DNA from: Octopus sinensis
Lineage: Eukaryota
DNA length: 64,000 nt
Direction: 5' to 3'
NCBI RefSeq assembly: GCF_006345805.1
Contig: NW_021835141.1
Coordinates: forward strand, 1-64,000
The notes beneath the pieces are model-generated. The model searched no databases. It had not been told where the DNA came from and saw only the letters and a list, made by a program, of their open reading frames with translations. Positions within the stretch are counted from its first letter, which is position 1. Each line of letters starts with the position of its first letter. Shown one piece after another: positions 46,290-61,478 of the stretch. The translations under genes were made by a program, and so were the position numbers.

Positions 46290-48245
46290 ATCAGGCCATC
46301 ATAGCAACAATATGCAAAGGGCTCGAAAGAATAGCCATACCGCGTCATCCATCGAGAGGGATAACAGCAGTTGCGTTCGGATCTTGGATAGAGTAGTCCA
46401 TTTGGGAAATATACTGCGGTCTCCACCCAACTTAATCTGGGAAGCATGGGGAGGGAATACAAAATATGCGTGTTCCAGGACTCCGAAGCAGGTCCAGAAG
46501 GGATCAGCCGTTCATTATTGAGAATTAGACTGTCAAAACCGGACGAGACAAGACGTGCCTGTTATATATAATCGGCGTCTCCTCAAGAAAGCTTCATTGC
46601 TTCGGAGGCGCACACTTGGAAGTAGGTTGGAAACTCCACCGTGCATGTGTGGTGCCAACTATGTCTGCACAGGCGGAAATGGGAGGCTCACAATCCCTGG
46701 CTTTCGGATTGGATTATGGAGTGAATCTCACTAGGTATTAAGGGATACCTCCTGAAGCTCAAGCAGAATGAAGGAGTGGTGTAGCTGCTGGAAGTAAATG
46801 CATCCAATAGCGAGGCCAAATACAAATGCTTCCTTAACAAAGTCACTGCAGCTTTGGATATATTTGGGGTAAAGTCATTTGTCTTACAAGGAGACTTCCG
46901 TGAACACTTTGGCGCTGATAACCGCAAGAAGTATTGATTGGGTGGAATGGCGTCACACACCTTAATGTGGTGGCCATACTAGTCTTCTGGTAGGAAACGG
47001 ACTCTCTATGATATAGTTATCGTTTTAAGACAGGATTGTTTATAAGGGTACTTGGAATAGAAATGCTTAGTGACAGAAGTTCTTGATAGATGTTGTTGTC
47101 GTCTCAGTCATCTTTGAGTCTGTGCTGGACGTTCGGGTAAAAGGAGTGGGGAGAGTTGTCAACTGATCACTACCAAGATGTCTGAAACCGGAAGATGCCT
47201 ACAGTTGGGAGAACCTAGTGATTTGGTAAGTCCAGTGCGACCTACAGAATAAAGTTGATAGTAGTTGTGGATGATGGAATAAGAAAAAAAATTGTGGATA
47301 ATATTGCATCCAAATTGAGAGAGACCCATATGAATAAACTTGGGCATCGAAATCGATTAGTGATTGTATTATTTTGTCGAACTAAAGTCACTGAAAGTGA
47401 TAAAGCTGCTGGAGAGAAATAAATACGTCGTCTTGATAATTTAAAACCCTTAAATACTCAGGGTATTCTCTGAGTGACCCATGTATGCTAGGTGGAATGG
47501 GTCTCAGGGAAAACACGAGGGCAATGTCAATCCGGGGTAATAATCACAGATTTTTTTTAGACAAAGTCTACACTACATGTCTAGAAATATTACGTAGGGA
47601 AATGGTCGCGCCCAAGATTACTGTCCTGGATACAGTACACCCGACCAGATATTCGTTCAAAGGCAGATCTTCGAGAAAACGTTGAAATAATTCCAAGGGG
47701 AATACGCTGTAGACCACGTGCCGTGGGGCATGTGCGTATGGTTACCAGGAAGCCGAGTTCAATGGGCAAATACTTTTTAAACGTAAAATATTTGTACGGA
47801 TGTCCAAATGTTTGAATTTCTGCAAAAGCCGAATGTTTTCAACGTGGAGTTTGGACTTCAATAGCAGAGCGCATTGTTAGTGCTTCTTCTCACATTTCTT
47901 ATGATCTGGTTGAGCATGGCTCAGCCATTTTAGTAGAAGTATCTCATTTCGTCTGTAAGGGGTCGGTCGACTGCTATTTGCAGACGACATGCTGCTATCT
48001 GACTCATGTCATGTTCACTTTCGACATGCATTGAATGGGTTGGCTGCCGAGTGCTCCAAGGCAGGGATGACTAACACACACTCTGCAGGAAAGTGGAACA
48101 TCGTTACTTCGGGAATCTATTCACGAGTGATTGAAGCACAAGACTGAGACACAGATTGCTAACTTCTAGATATAAACGCATTGATGCGCTAGGTCGGGCA
48201 TTCGATTCTCAGACGAACAATAGTTGGTACACTTATCGACGTAGC
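46290..48245 (+). mobile_element. RTE-clade LINE copy 1 (degenerate, collinear endonuclease to RT)
   Basis: Endonuclease remnants at 46550-47150; RLLFADDML at ~47968-47995. Confidence 0.8.
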
Positions 48246-48610
48246 GCTGCACACACACACACACACACACACCACACACACACACACACACAACACACAC
48301 ACACACTCATATACACACAATTAATGTCATAGTATAACAGAGTAACATTTTATTAAGGAAATTATTGCAAAGAAAAATGTATTTTAAAAGAAATTTTGAC
48401 TTGTATCTTAGTATATATTACTGAAGAAATATGAATAGTGATGTAGAGACAATTCAGCTTTGGTGAAATTATAAATCGTTAAGGAGACACGGGTGAATGA
48501 ATTTAGCTAAACACTGTAGAACTGGAAGTTGGATACTTTATAATATTTAATCTCATTCCTGAACATTTCTTCAAAGTTATTGTCTTATACAATATAAAAT
48601 TAGTTCTTAC

Positions 48611-48662
48611 TTGGGGTGTCATCAGGTTTATCGTCGCAAGATTTCTTGGAGATGACACGGTT
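48611..48662 (-). CDS. Exon 2a of gene B (older paralog): NRVISKKSCDDKPDDTP
   Basis: ttttccacAG / GTAAGA, 52 nt; flank lacks the Helitron. Confidence 0.7.
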
Positions 48663-49602
48663 CTGTGGAAAAATAGAGAGTATTTATTATCGTTTAGAAC
48701 TGAAAAAAGAATGCAATACATGACAACATTTTCGGACAGCATTTTATGAAGATGTGGGTGACGTCGACATTGTCCATTCTACCAAATCTATTATATCGTG
48801 TTACATCTTGGAGGTTTGCTGGAACTGCATGCCTTTCTGTGAATCTGGTATTTCATTATTTCATGCTTGTATATGGCAAAGCATACACATTACATACATA
48901 AACAGCTAATATCCCTGTACATTGTCAAGAGTAGACTAATTTTGCTATCTAAAATCGCTGGTAGTTTGAAGATGACTAGAAACGTTAGACTTGCGCATTC
49001 TGCTGACGTACAAGAAAGCCCGAAGCCAACCTTTCATGTACGGCGTCCTAATCCGCTGTAGGACTATTCCACTGCGTCCTTAGGGGAATCTGTCAAGGCA
49101 ATATGATGCAATATTTAAAAGTAGTTTGAATTGATGTAAAAGCTCAATTGCCTTGATATTATTTAGTATAGTTATCCATCATGATCACTGAAGAGTCGGG
49201 CATTTCTAGCACTGGTGAATAATATTCCGGATTGAAGCTCGAAGGTCAACATATCTTTTGGCGTTCAATGGAATATCACAAAAGTTTGTAAGAAAAATGT
49301 TAGGGAACATATATAGTAGGTTATAAATTGACTGCATACGAAAGGGATGAGGATTAGATATTTTGTACACGGGTGCTATATAAACTGGTTATTCACTCCT
49401 TAAATATAGTGTGTATATGTAGATGTATATATGTAAGTGTATAAAAATTTATATATATATATATGTGTGTGTGTGTTGATATATATATATATATATATAT
49501 GTTTATACATATATATAACATATGTTTGTGTGTATGTGTTTACATATATATATATGTATATATATATGTATACATATTTACATATATATATATGTATTTA
49601 TA

Positions 49603-50060
49603 TTGGGTTGCCTGGAAAGCTCGTGCCGATTTTTAAAGGAATATAAAGGGCCAATAAATACTTGCCATTGCATTTTTAAACAACCAAATATGAACCATTT
49701 TGTTGCACTATGCTTCTCCATCTTTCCTTTAACTTGAAAATACCCTCTTTCCAGAATTGAGGTGGTTTCATGGCAAAGAATTCATCGAGGTATCTTTTGA
49801 CGTCATTCAAGCAATTAAAATTTTTACCATTAAGACTATTCTGCAGAGGCCTGAATATGTGGAAATCCGAAGGTGCAATATCTGGCGAATATGGAGGGAT
49901 GGAGTAATACATGCCAGCCGAGCTGCAGCAATTTTTGTCTGGTTCCCAAAGCATCAAGTGCCGAAAATGAACTTTCTTATCCTGCCTTTTCAAGTGTTAC
50001 AAAATTAACACTGGTTATAGGAACATAAACCTTTATAACACGAAAAGATAGCTTAAACTG
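49603..50060 (-). mobile_element. mariner transposon fragment
   Basis: PPYSPDIAPSDFHIFRPLQNSLNGK..F..KPPQFWKEGIFKL.ERW transposase C-terminus; TA + TTGGGTTGCC.. terminal sequence at 49601. Confidence 0.9.
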
Positions 50061-50224
50061 CGCTCTAACTGCGCACACATACATAATACATACACACATA
50101 TTTACTCACACGCACACATACATAATACATACACACATATTCACACACAAGCACACATACATACCTAAATAAATACATGCATACAGACATAAATATATGT
50201 TAACAAAAGAATCCATGACTTACC

Positions 50225-50285
50225 GTTTTTGATGGGAGCACAATATTGACGGTCTCAGGACAACAAAGCAGATCAAGAAGGGAAC
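50225..50285 (-). pseudogene. Truncated, frameshifted exon 1' remnant
   Basis: Same donor context aaaacg|GTAAGTCATGGAT as the exon 1 copies; FLICFVVL..HQ resembles LIAFGVLL..HQ; its 5' part is replaced by LINE sequence. Confidence 0.6.
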
Positions 50286-50289
50286 CTTT

Positions 50290-52085
50290 AATAATTGAGA
50301 ATTAAAACGTCAAAATTGTTAGATATAATCTGCCTGTAAGATATAATCGGTGTCTCCTCTACAAAATTTCCTTTCTCCGATAGCGTACACCTGGATATAG
50401 GCTTGAAACTCCACTACGCAACTGTGGTGCCAGCAATGTCTGCACAGGTGGGATTAGGATACTCTCAATCCACAGCTTTCGGATTGTATTATGGAGTGAA
50501 ACCTACTAGGTGTGAGTGTTCACTTCTTGAAACTAAGGCTGAATATGAAGGACCACTGTGGCTGCTGTAAGTATATGCAGCAAACAGCGGTCAAATACAA
50601 ATCCTTCCTAAGCAAATTCACCTCAGCTTTAGATATATTTGGGACAAAGTCATTTGTCCTGCAAGGAGACTTCAGTGCACACCTTGGCACTGATAACCGT
50701 GAGAAGGATTGATTGGAAGGAATGTCGGCAGAGAACTTAAAGAACAGGTCATAGCAGCCTTCTGTGCAGGATACACACTCTCCTCTCTCTGGTATAGATA
50801 TTATTTTAAGACAGGGATATTTATAAGGGTGCCTGATATAGAAATACTTGGTGACAGAGGTTTTTGATAGAGTTCGGTCATCTTTCACTCTTTTCTGAAC
50901 GTTCAGGTAAAAGGTGAAGTGGAGTTGTCACCTCGTCACTACCTAAATGTCTGAAAACCTGAAAATTCCTACAGTCTGCCGAACACTGGAAATTGGTAAG
51001 TCCAGTGCGACCTACAGACTACAGTTGGAAGCCGCAGTGGATGCTGGGATCAGAAACAAAAATGTGGAGACTTTTGCATCCAAGTTGAGAGTGACCCGCC
51101 TGAATGAACTTGGACCTCGAAATGGATTCGTGGTTGTATTATTTTTTCGGCAGGTTCTTCTTCGGTTGAACGCTTATTTGAGCTCAATTCACTTAAAAGT
51201 GATAAACCTGCTGGTGATTAGCACGTTGGGCTTGAAATTTTAGAAATCTTAAATACAGATGGTATTCTCTGAGTGACACATATATGGTAGGTGGATGGGA
51301 CCTCTGGAAAAAACACCAAGGCAATGGTAATATGGGGAGACAATTACAAATGTTTTCAAACAGAGACCAAAGAGTGAGTTCTAATTATAGAAATGTCTAT
51401 TCTAGATGTCAGGAAAAGATATGCAGGGGAATTGTCGCGCCCAAGATTACTGTCCGGGACGCGGAGCACCCGACCAGATAGTCGTTCAAAACAGATATTC
51501 CAGCAAACACTGAAATATTTCCAAGGTTTAAACGATGTAAACAACGGAAAGGCACACGATCACGTGCCCTGGGGCATGTTGCGGATGGTTTACCAGGAAG
51601 GTGAGTTTAATGGGCAAATACTGGTTGCCATAAAGTACTTATATGGATGTTCAAATGATTGTATTATGTAAAAGTCGAAAGTTTTCAACGTGAAGGTTTC
51701 ACTCAGTTGATGGTGCATTGTTAGTGTCCCTTCTCACATTCTTTTTTGTGATCTGGTTGAATATGCGCAGCGATTGTGGTAGAGGTATCCCAATTCATCT
51801 CTACGTGATCGGTCGACTGTTATTTGTAGACAACATGCTGCTACCTGATTCGTCTGATAGTCACCAACAACGTGCATTGAATTGGTTAGCTGCCGAGTAC
51901 CCCAAGGCAGGATTGACAAATACGCACTCTGTAGGAAAGTGGAAAATCATTATTTCGGGTCTCTATTCACGAAACGATTGGAAGCAGAAGAGTGGACAGG
52001 ATGCTGAATTGTAGATATAAACGCAGTGAAGCTCGGGAATATGATTCTCAGATGAAGAGGTCTTGGAACAATTATTGACGTAGCA
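50290..52085 (+). mobile_element. RTE-clade LINE copy 2 (degenerate)
   Basis: Paralog of 46510-48245; LQGDFSAHLGTD and RLLFVDNML remnants. Confidence 0.8.
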
Positions 52086-52320
52086 CTGCATATATACTCA
52101 TATACACACAATATATGGCATAGTATATAAGAATAACATTTTATTTAGGAAATTATTGTAAAGTAGAATATATTTCGAAATAAATTCAGGCAAGTGTCTT
52201 AGTATATACTATTGTGGACATGTGGATAGTAATGTGGAACTAATTCAAAGTTGGTGAAATTATAAACCATGACTTAAGGAGACACGGGTTAATGACTTTA
52301 GCTATAAAATTAGTTCTTAC

Positions 52321-52372
52321 TTGGTGTGTCATCAGGTTTATCGTCGAGAGATTTCTTGGAGATGAAACGGTT
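52321..52372 (-). CDS. Exon 2b of gene B
   Basis: Identical to 15301-15352, with intact splice sites. Confidence 0.8.
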
Positions 52373-53079
52373 CTGTGAAAAAATAGAAATAGCATCATAT
52401 AAATAGAACTTCAGGGTATTTATTATCGTTTAGAACTTAAAACAATGCAATAGATGACAACATATTCGGACAGGTATCATTGCCAACACTACCATCTCAA
52501 CCTCTTAGGAATCTTCTAGAAGGCGCTTCCATCCAGTCGAACGATTTTCTGAACAATATCAGACAATACAACTCTGCATTTCAAATGACATCGTTTGGTG
52601 AATCTAAGAAGATAGATAAACATGAATTTACGCCGACGTCAAAGTTCAAGGGCAAGTCTATCCCCTCATTGGTTTCCTTGTAACCGCGAATGAACAACCA
52701 CAGTTCCTCCAAATTTGCTCTATGAGTGATGTAGGACAAGAAACCCGAAGTGAGGTGTCAAAATATCCGATGATGGGTCGTGTTAGACACAGCGCACACT
52801 GCTGCAAAGTAGAGTATATCCACTGACAGCTTTTCGGTGCGTTGAAAAATCACACAAACCCCAGCTCCAATATTGCATGACAGGTTAGGGCCTGAAACAC
52901 TCCAAACGGACGCATAGCATGTTGCTTAGTCGAATTAGCCCAGCATTTACTCTACAAATGTTTTGTTGTCAATGTTGCAGTTTCGCATATCACCTGTTTC
53001 AAAATGACTGCAATATATTATATACCAACTTTGCCATTTGAATCCCCAGCAATGCCGGGTATCTCTGCTAGTACACACA

Positions 53080-53119
<40 letters not shown>

Positions 53120-53191
53120 TATATATATATATATATAAACACACATATTTCTACATATGTATATATATATATATATATAATATATTATATT

Positions 53192-53259
<68 letters not shown>

Positions 53260-53811
53260 ATATATATATCTATATATGGGTAGCAAAAAAGTGGAGAAAA
53301 TTCTCTGCTACCAGCGGTCTAGTGAGGAAGAAAAGATAGTCAAAGACTATATACTATACATTCAACCATATACGGAATGGCCATAATAGGACATTCGACT
53401 CACTAGAAAGAGCAGCCAAACTCAAACCGTAAATTAGTTGTAATTCTGAAATAGAAAGGGAAATAAAAACGTTTACCCCTTTCATCTCTGGACTATGCAT
53501 AGTTTCTACAACCTGTAAACGAATTATTAAATTAAATATAGTTACATCTGGCGTGCCTCGTCAGCAGAGAAGCCTAGGACGAGTATATGTCCACGAGGCG
53601 ATGGTAAAGAAGCCTCCAGTCCATATGCTCTAAATTTTCAAAATTCTCTACCGCAATCGCGATGTCTTCTCAGCAGCAAATATAAACTGCTGATTTAATT
53701 TCAAAATTAGCCAAAAAAAATTAATTAATAAATATAAGGGTATTTAGCAGTTTGAGTTTGGCTGCTCTTTCTAGTAAGTCGAATGTCCTATTATGACCAA
53801 TTCCTTATATG

Positions 53812-53886
<75 letters not shown>

Positions 53887-55520
53887 CATGTATATATATA
53901 GTTAAATTTAATCCATAGAAGAAAGCACAAAGAAACACAACAACGCGAGGACCTGGAACAAATATAGTATTATTGGAAGTTCAGGAAAGAAGGAAAGAAG
54001 GAGGGTTTAACGTTTCAGGTGGAGCTCTTCGTCGGAAACATACGAGAAGGAAAGATCCAGAGGAGGGAAGACAGAGTAAAAAAAATCGCCATCGGTACAC
54101 ACGCGGTCACATTTTGAATGACGGGAAGGAAATGGGTGAAGAAAAGTTCTTTCAAAGACAGGAGAGTGGTTCTTTCAAAGACAGGAGATTGGTGGAGGAA
54201 GAAGTATGTGTGTGTAAGTGTGGATAAGAGCGTGCGCGGAGGTCTGCGTGTGCGTGTGTGTGTCTGTGTGTATGTGTGCAATGATGACACGTGTGTGTGT
54301 GTGTGTGTGTGTTGTAGGGCTAGTAGTGTTAAGGTCAAGGAAGAAGGAATTGGGCGTGGCTCCCTTTGTCTCTACCCCAGGTCAAGTAGTAGGTACTGCT
54401 AGTTAGAAGTATGTGTGTGTGCATGTATGTATATGTATCATGTGTGAGTTTTGTTTGTATTGTGTGTGTGTGTACGTATGTGTGTGTGTCAGTGTGTGTA
54501 TGCGTAGAGTTTGGGTGTGTGGTGAATAACTGTGCTTTAATTAGAGTATGTGTGAGTGTGTGCTTGTACGTGCGTATGTGTGTATACATGTATGTATAAT
54601 TGTGTGCGTGTATGTATATTTGTGTGCCGTGTGTATGGGATGTATATGTGGGTTCATTTATGTGTGTGTATGTATGTGCCTTCGTGTGTCTCATGTGCGT
54701 GTACGTGTGCGTTTGTATGTGTGTGTGTAAGCGTATATGGGTGTATATACGTGTATCCGTGGGGTTGTGAGATTTGGGTATGGGAATTAATATGCGTGTG
54801 TGCGTGCGTATGTGTGCGCATCCTTTTGCGTGCGTGTGTGTGTGTGTGTCTGTATGTATATACGTATGTGTATGTGTGTGTATGCGTGTAGGCATATGTT
54901 GTGTGTATGTATATGTATCGGCGTATATGTAAAATTGTGCATGCGTGTGCGTGCGTGTGCTTGTGTGCGTGTGTGCGCTTAAGTGTGTGTATGTGCGAGT
55001 GTGTCTGTGCCCATTTGTGTATAAGTGCGTGCGTATCAGTATGAGTATTGTCTGTTGGAGGTAGATGAGGGCATCTGTGCTGGTGTGTGTGTATGCACGT
55101 GTGTATGTGTGTGTGTTGTGTGCGTATGATACATATATATATCTCCGTGATCACCGTGACCGACCAGGCTATCAGTTGTTGCTATACATCGCCGGTCACA
55201 ATGCGCTTCGCATTGTTTTAGCCTTCAAATGACGCCACCCCGCAGGTTAAGCGAGCAGGCCAACAGAAGAAAGGGAGAAAGTTGTAGCGAAAGAGTTCAG
55301 CAGAGATCAACACAACCCACTCCCTGAGCCTCGTGGAGCTTTAGGTGTTTTTGCTCAATAAACACTCACAACACCCAGTCTGTGAATCGAAATCGCGATC
55401 CTACAATCGTGACTCCGCTGCACTAACCACTGGGCCACTGCGCTTCGACACACACACACACACACACACACACCAGAGCCATGTCAGTAGATTTGGTAGA
55501 TTGAGACTGAAAGAAGGGTG

Positions 55521-55575
<55 letters not shown>

Positions 55576-55691
55576 TACAAACACGCACACACACAAACAC
55601 AACACAAACACACACACATATACAAACACACAAAAACACACACAACAACACACACACACACACCACACACACCACCCACACACAACAACAC

Positions 55692-55746
<55 letters not shown>

Positions 55747-56503
55747 TAAATACATATCAATATAGAGGTATACACGTACACATAAGCATACACACCATAA
55801 ATATCACAATTAGACGTATCTACTTATACGCATACACACACAAACGCACACATATATGTGAGTGGACATACACTGTATAGTGTGATTGTTCGTGTACAAT
55901 TGAGCACGTGTGTCTGTGTGCGTGCGTATGTGTGTGGTGTTTGTGTTTATTTGTGCGTGTGTTTGTCCGTGTGTCTGTGTGTATGTATTTACATTCGTTC
56001 TTACATATTGTCATATATAAAAACCAACGTGAATTACAGTCAAACGTTACGAAATTCACCGATCTACATTGGCACTCGCACGTTTTATTTCAGTTGGAAA
56101 GAAAAGATTCAAAAAACTCGCCTCACTTCCGTTCCTGATGGAGAGAAATAGATAAATGTGTGTAATATGTACGAATTCCTATGTGTGCGTGTGTGTGTGT
56201 TTGTAGTGTTGTCTGTGTGTGTCTGTGTGCGTGTGTGTAAGTGTACATCTAGATATAATACTTAACACTAATATTAATAGGGCTAAACGTTGCAGCGACA
56301 GGGCATGGCCATGCTAGAACTCCACCATTAGATTTTTTCATTACGCACTTATTTCCCTCTCCAGGATTATGTCTGGTGAAAGAGCGATCGGACAGGAGTA
56401 CAATTCCCCTTCTTTGTGTTTACTTGGGATGTGTGTTTATGTATGTATATATATATGTTATATTATATATATAATATATATAATATATTATATAGACATA
56501 TAT

Positions 56504-56590
<87 letters not shown>

Positions 56591-56960
56591 TGTAGATAAA
56601 TAGATTGATAGATAGATATGTATGTACATACATACGTAACTATATATGTGTGTATGTATATATGATATGTATATATATATATATATATAGATGTATGGGT
56701 GTGTTTGTGTGTATAGCACACATAGTTTGTATGTATCTATGTTTTATATATGTGTCTGTTATTGTCGCACCACTATCGATTCTCAACTGATGTCGGTGTA
56801 TTTACGTCCCCGTTACATAGCGGTTCGAGTAGAGATAACGATAGAATGAGCAATAGGCTTACAAATAATAATTCCTGAAGTCACTTTGTTCTACTAAACG
56901 CTGTGCTCTATTATGGCCGCAGTCAAATGACTGAAACGGGTAAAAGAATATATTTATATA

Positions 56961-57018
<58 letters not shown>

Positions 57019-57450
57019 AATGGAGAGAGAGAGAGAGAGAGAGAAATAGACAGAGAGATACAGTGATAGATACACACACGCATATATTTTTTTGTATATA
57101 TATATATCTATATATGTTCACGCACTAATATATTCATATATATGTATATTTATATATACATATATATATGTATATTATATATACAAATATACGTATATGT
57201 ATATATATGTATATTTAGGTGTGTGCGCCTGTGTGTTCGTGTGTGATTACGTGTGTGATCTTATGTGTGTGTGTGTGTGCTCCATAGGAACATATGTAAG
57301 TGATTCATGCATACATCCTTACATCCATCCATCCATCCGTACGTACATACATCCACATATTAATACATACATACGTAAATGCATACATACATACATGCAT
57401 ATATAAATACATAAAGACATACATATATTAACAAAAAATCCATGACTTAC

Positions 57451-57594
57451 CGTTTTCGATTTCTCTTCCATTTTTCCTATTCTTGAATCTTGATGAAGAA
57501 TCACGATCGTCAGAAGGAGAAGAACCCCAAAAGCTATGAGAGAAGAAATGGAATAACGCTGCGAAATATTCCTGGACAGTTGTGCGAAATCCAT
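57451..57594 (-). CDS. Exon 1 of gene B (transmembrane anchor)
   Basis: MDFAQLSRNISQRYSISSLIAFGVLLLLTIVILHQDSRIGKMEEKSKT plus GTAAGT. Confidence 0.85.
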
Positions 57595-58489
57595 TCTGGT
57601 GACAGTTGTCGGTCGTACGTGATACTTCGTGTGGCTTCAACTAAAGATCGAGATGCGAGGTTGAAGCTGAAGACCTGTAACTGAATTCCACGTATTTATT
57701 GAGCGCACAACAACCCAGCTCTGGCATAGATCTTATCGTAAATTTATGAACCAATGCGATTGGTGGAACTGTAAAAGCGGGTGTGAACTTGTCTGACAGG
57801 TTTACTTACTGGAAAGAGATGGTTTGATATTGTCACACAATAATTAGCAAAATATTTTGATGAATGAGAGACACGTGTAAAGTGAAATGATTCCGTTTTC
57901 TTGATATATTATGATATATTTATTATTTACTGTTGTTAATTAATTTTATTTGTTATTCTTTGGAAACTGTTTTAAATATCAGTGTGGGAAGTATTTCGTT
58001 CAACCGACGAATACCACGACACAAAGACACCACACACACACACGCACACTGACACACACACACACACACTGACACACTGACACACTCTGACACACACACA
58101 CAAACACACACACCCACACACACACACTGAAACACACACACACACTGCCACACACACACACACACCAACAAACACTGACACACACACACAAACTAACAAA
58201 CACACAGACACACACTGACACACATACACACACTCACACATAGACACACACACTGACACACACACTGACGCACACACTGACAAACACACATACATTGGCA
58301 TACACACACACACACACACTGTTTTAATATTCAGTGTGGGAAGTATTTCGTTCAACCCACACAGTAATCGCAAGACTTAATCTAATGAAGTCCGCTGTTC
58401 GGATTGGATTCTTCAAAACAAGCGTTAATCGGATTAGAAAAGTTTTATGGGAATATCAAAATCAAAACCTACCAATTCCCACCCACCCA

Positions 58490-59790
58490 TACATACATAT
58501 ATACATACATACATATATACATACATACATATATACATACATACACACTTACATACACACATATATACATACATGCATACATACACACACACACATACAT
58601 ACATACATGCATATATACATACAAACATATATACATACATACATGCATGCATACATGCATACATACATACATACATACATACATACATACATACATACAT
58701 ACATGCACACATACATACAGGCATACACACATACATACACAGATACTTACATATATACCTACATACATACATACCCCAATACATACATACATGCATACAT
58801 ACACACTCACGAACGTACATACGTATATACATACATACATACATACCCCCATACATTCATATATACATACACTCATACATCCACATAATATACACACATA
58901 CTTACATACACATACATACATAATATACCCCCATAAATACATACACACACACATATATACATACATACATACATACATACACACATACATACATAACAAC
59001 ATACATACATACATACATACACACACCATACTACATACAAACATACATACAGCATACATACACACATACTTACATATATATATATACAGACAGTCCCCAT
59101 ACATACATACATAATGCATTCATATACACTCACATACATACATATTTATACATACATACATACACCCATACATACATATATAGATACATACACACATACA
59201 TCGATACCTACATACTTCACACATACATACATACATACATACATACCCCCATACATATATACATACATACACACAGATATATACATACATACACACATAC
59301 ATACACACATACATACAAACATACATACATCTACACACATACATACATACACACATACTTACTATATCAATACATACATACATACCCCCATACATACATA
59401 TATACATACATAGACTCTTACATACACCACATACTTACATAAACACATACATACCACATGCTTCCTATATACATACATACATACATATACACATACATAC
59501 AACCACCATACACACACACATATGTACATACATACACACATACATACATACAAACATACATACATAACACACCACATACATACATACATACATACATACT
59601 TTCATACATACATACATACATGCATGCATATATGTATACTTACATGTATGTATGCACACATGTATGCACGCATGTAGGTATGAATGTAAGCATGTATATA
59701 TCGATAGACATATATACACATACATACATATATACATACATACTTACATCCATATATACATACATACTTACATCCATATATCATACACAC
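58490..59790. repeat. Degenerate (TACA)n microsatellite field
   Basis: Visible. Confidence 0.95.
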
Positions 59791-59809
59791 AACCTACATT
59801 CATACTTGG

Positions 59810-60357
59810 TGGCTGCCCCCTCATTATCGAGCATGGCCATTGCTCGGTGCTTAATCAATGTTGTTATCGTGCAATGCCTGTGCATGAAGATTTTTTTAAA
59901 GCGAGGAAAGGCTGTGCACTGAGTCAATCCCAGTCACTAATCAACAGCAGCCATAATCCGAAAAAGAAGATAATAGTCAACATCATCGGTAACCCACTGA
60001 GCCGCAGTTTTATGTCGGAGTTATCCCAGTTACCTGAGTTATCCTCTCCTAGAAGGATGCCCTAACAAAGGCTAGAAGTCCTTCACTCCCTGGGTTTAAC
60101 CGCACGATCGGTATTCAGTCCGATTATTTCTATGTCCCCGCGCATGATACAGCCTTAACACATTTATTGGATGGCCGTTGACTCTCAAGATTTCCTCCGC
60201 TCTTTGACGGGTTTTGTTTTTCATCCCGCAGGGTTTCCAGTAAACACCCTCTTCACCAAGCAAGCTTGGTTGCGTTGCCGGTTTAGTCGCCGACGACCCG
60301 ACAATGCAACAGGTTGTACTGGGTTACATGTTACCAGTAGCACTCGAAAGAGACCTG
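59810..60357 (-). mobile_element. Probable 5' UTR fragment of an RTE-like LINE next to (TACA)n
   Basis: Minus strand CATCCTTCTAGGAGAGGATAACTC resembles the RTE 5' UTR motif CCAGTCTAGGAGAAGGAAAACTC; recognition only. Confidence 0.4.
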
Positions 60358-61030
60358 ACATACATACATACATACATACATACATACATACATACATACA
60401 TGCATACATACATACATGCATACATACATACATGCATACATACATACATACATACATACAAACATACATACATGCATACATACATACATACATGCATACA
60501 TACATGCATACATTCATGCATGCATACATGCATACATACATGCATACATACATACATACTTACTTACATACATGCATACATACATACATGCATACATACA
60601 TACATACATACATACATACAAACATACATACATGCATACATACATGCATACATTCATGCATGCATACATGCATACATACATGCATACATACATACATACA
60701 TACTTACATGCATACATACATACATACTTACTTACATACATACATACATACTTGCATACATACATGCATACATCATACATACATGCATACACATACATAC
60801 ATACTTACATGCATACATACATACAATACTTACTTACATACATACATACATACATACTTGCATACATACATGCATACACATGCATACATACATATATACA
60901 TACATACATGCATACAACATCATACATACATACATGCATACATGCATACATACATACATGCATACATACATACATACATACATACATACATACATACATG
61001 CATACATACATACATACATACATGCATACA
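60358..61030. repeat. (TACA/TGCA)n microsatellite
   Basis: Visible. Confidence 0.95.
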
Positions 61031-61366
61031 AAAATATCCTGTTCATGTTGTTGAAATTCCAATGAAAGATACTTGGAACTAAGTTAGAAGCCGTCTCTCT
61101 TTCTGTTGGCCAGAAATATTCTATTAAAACCGAATAATGACATTCATACATATTTTTAGCTAGTCATTATCACTAGCTTTGAATATGTTTCTTCTTGTTT
61201 TATAAATCATAGCAAAACATACAGGTACAGTGTCTCCCATTTGAAACTCAATTCGCAAGTGCACCTCCCGTATGTACTGCATATGTACGGCGGAATTCCA
61301 TAGTTATGATAAAATTTTCTTTGATGAAGCATATTAGACCCCTCAGATATAGTTTGACCTAATTTA

Positions 61367-61418
<52 letters not shown>

Positions 61419-61437
61419 ATGTGTGCGTGTGTTTGTG

Positions 61438-61478
<41 letters not shown>

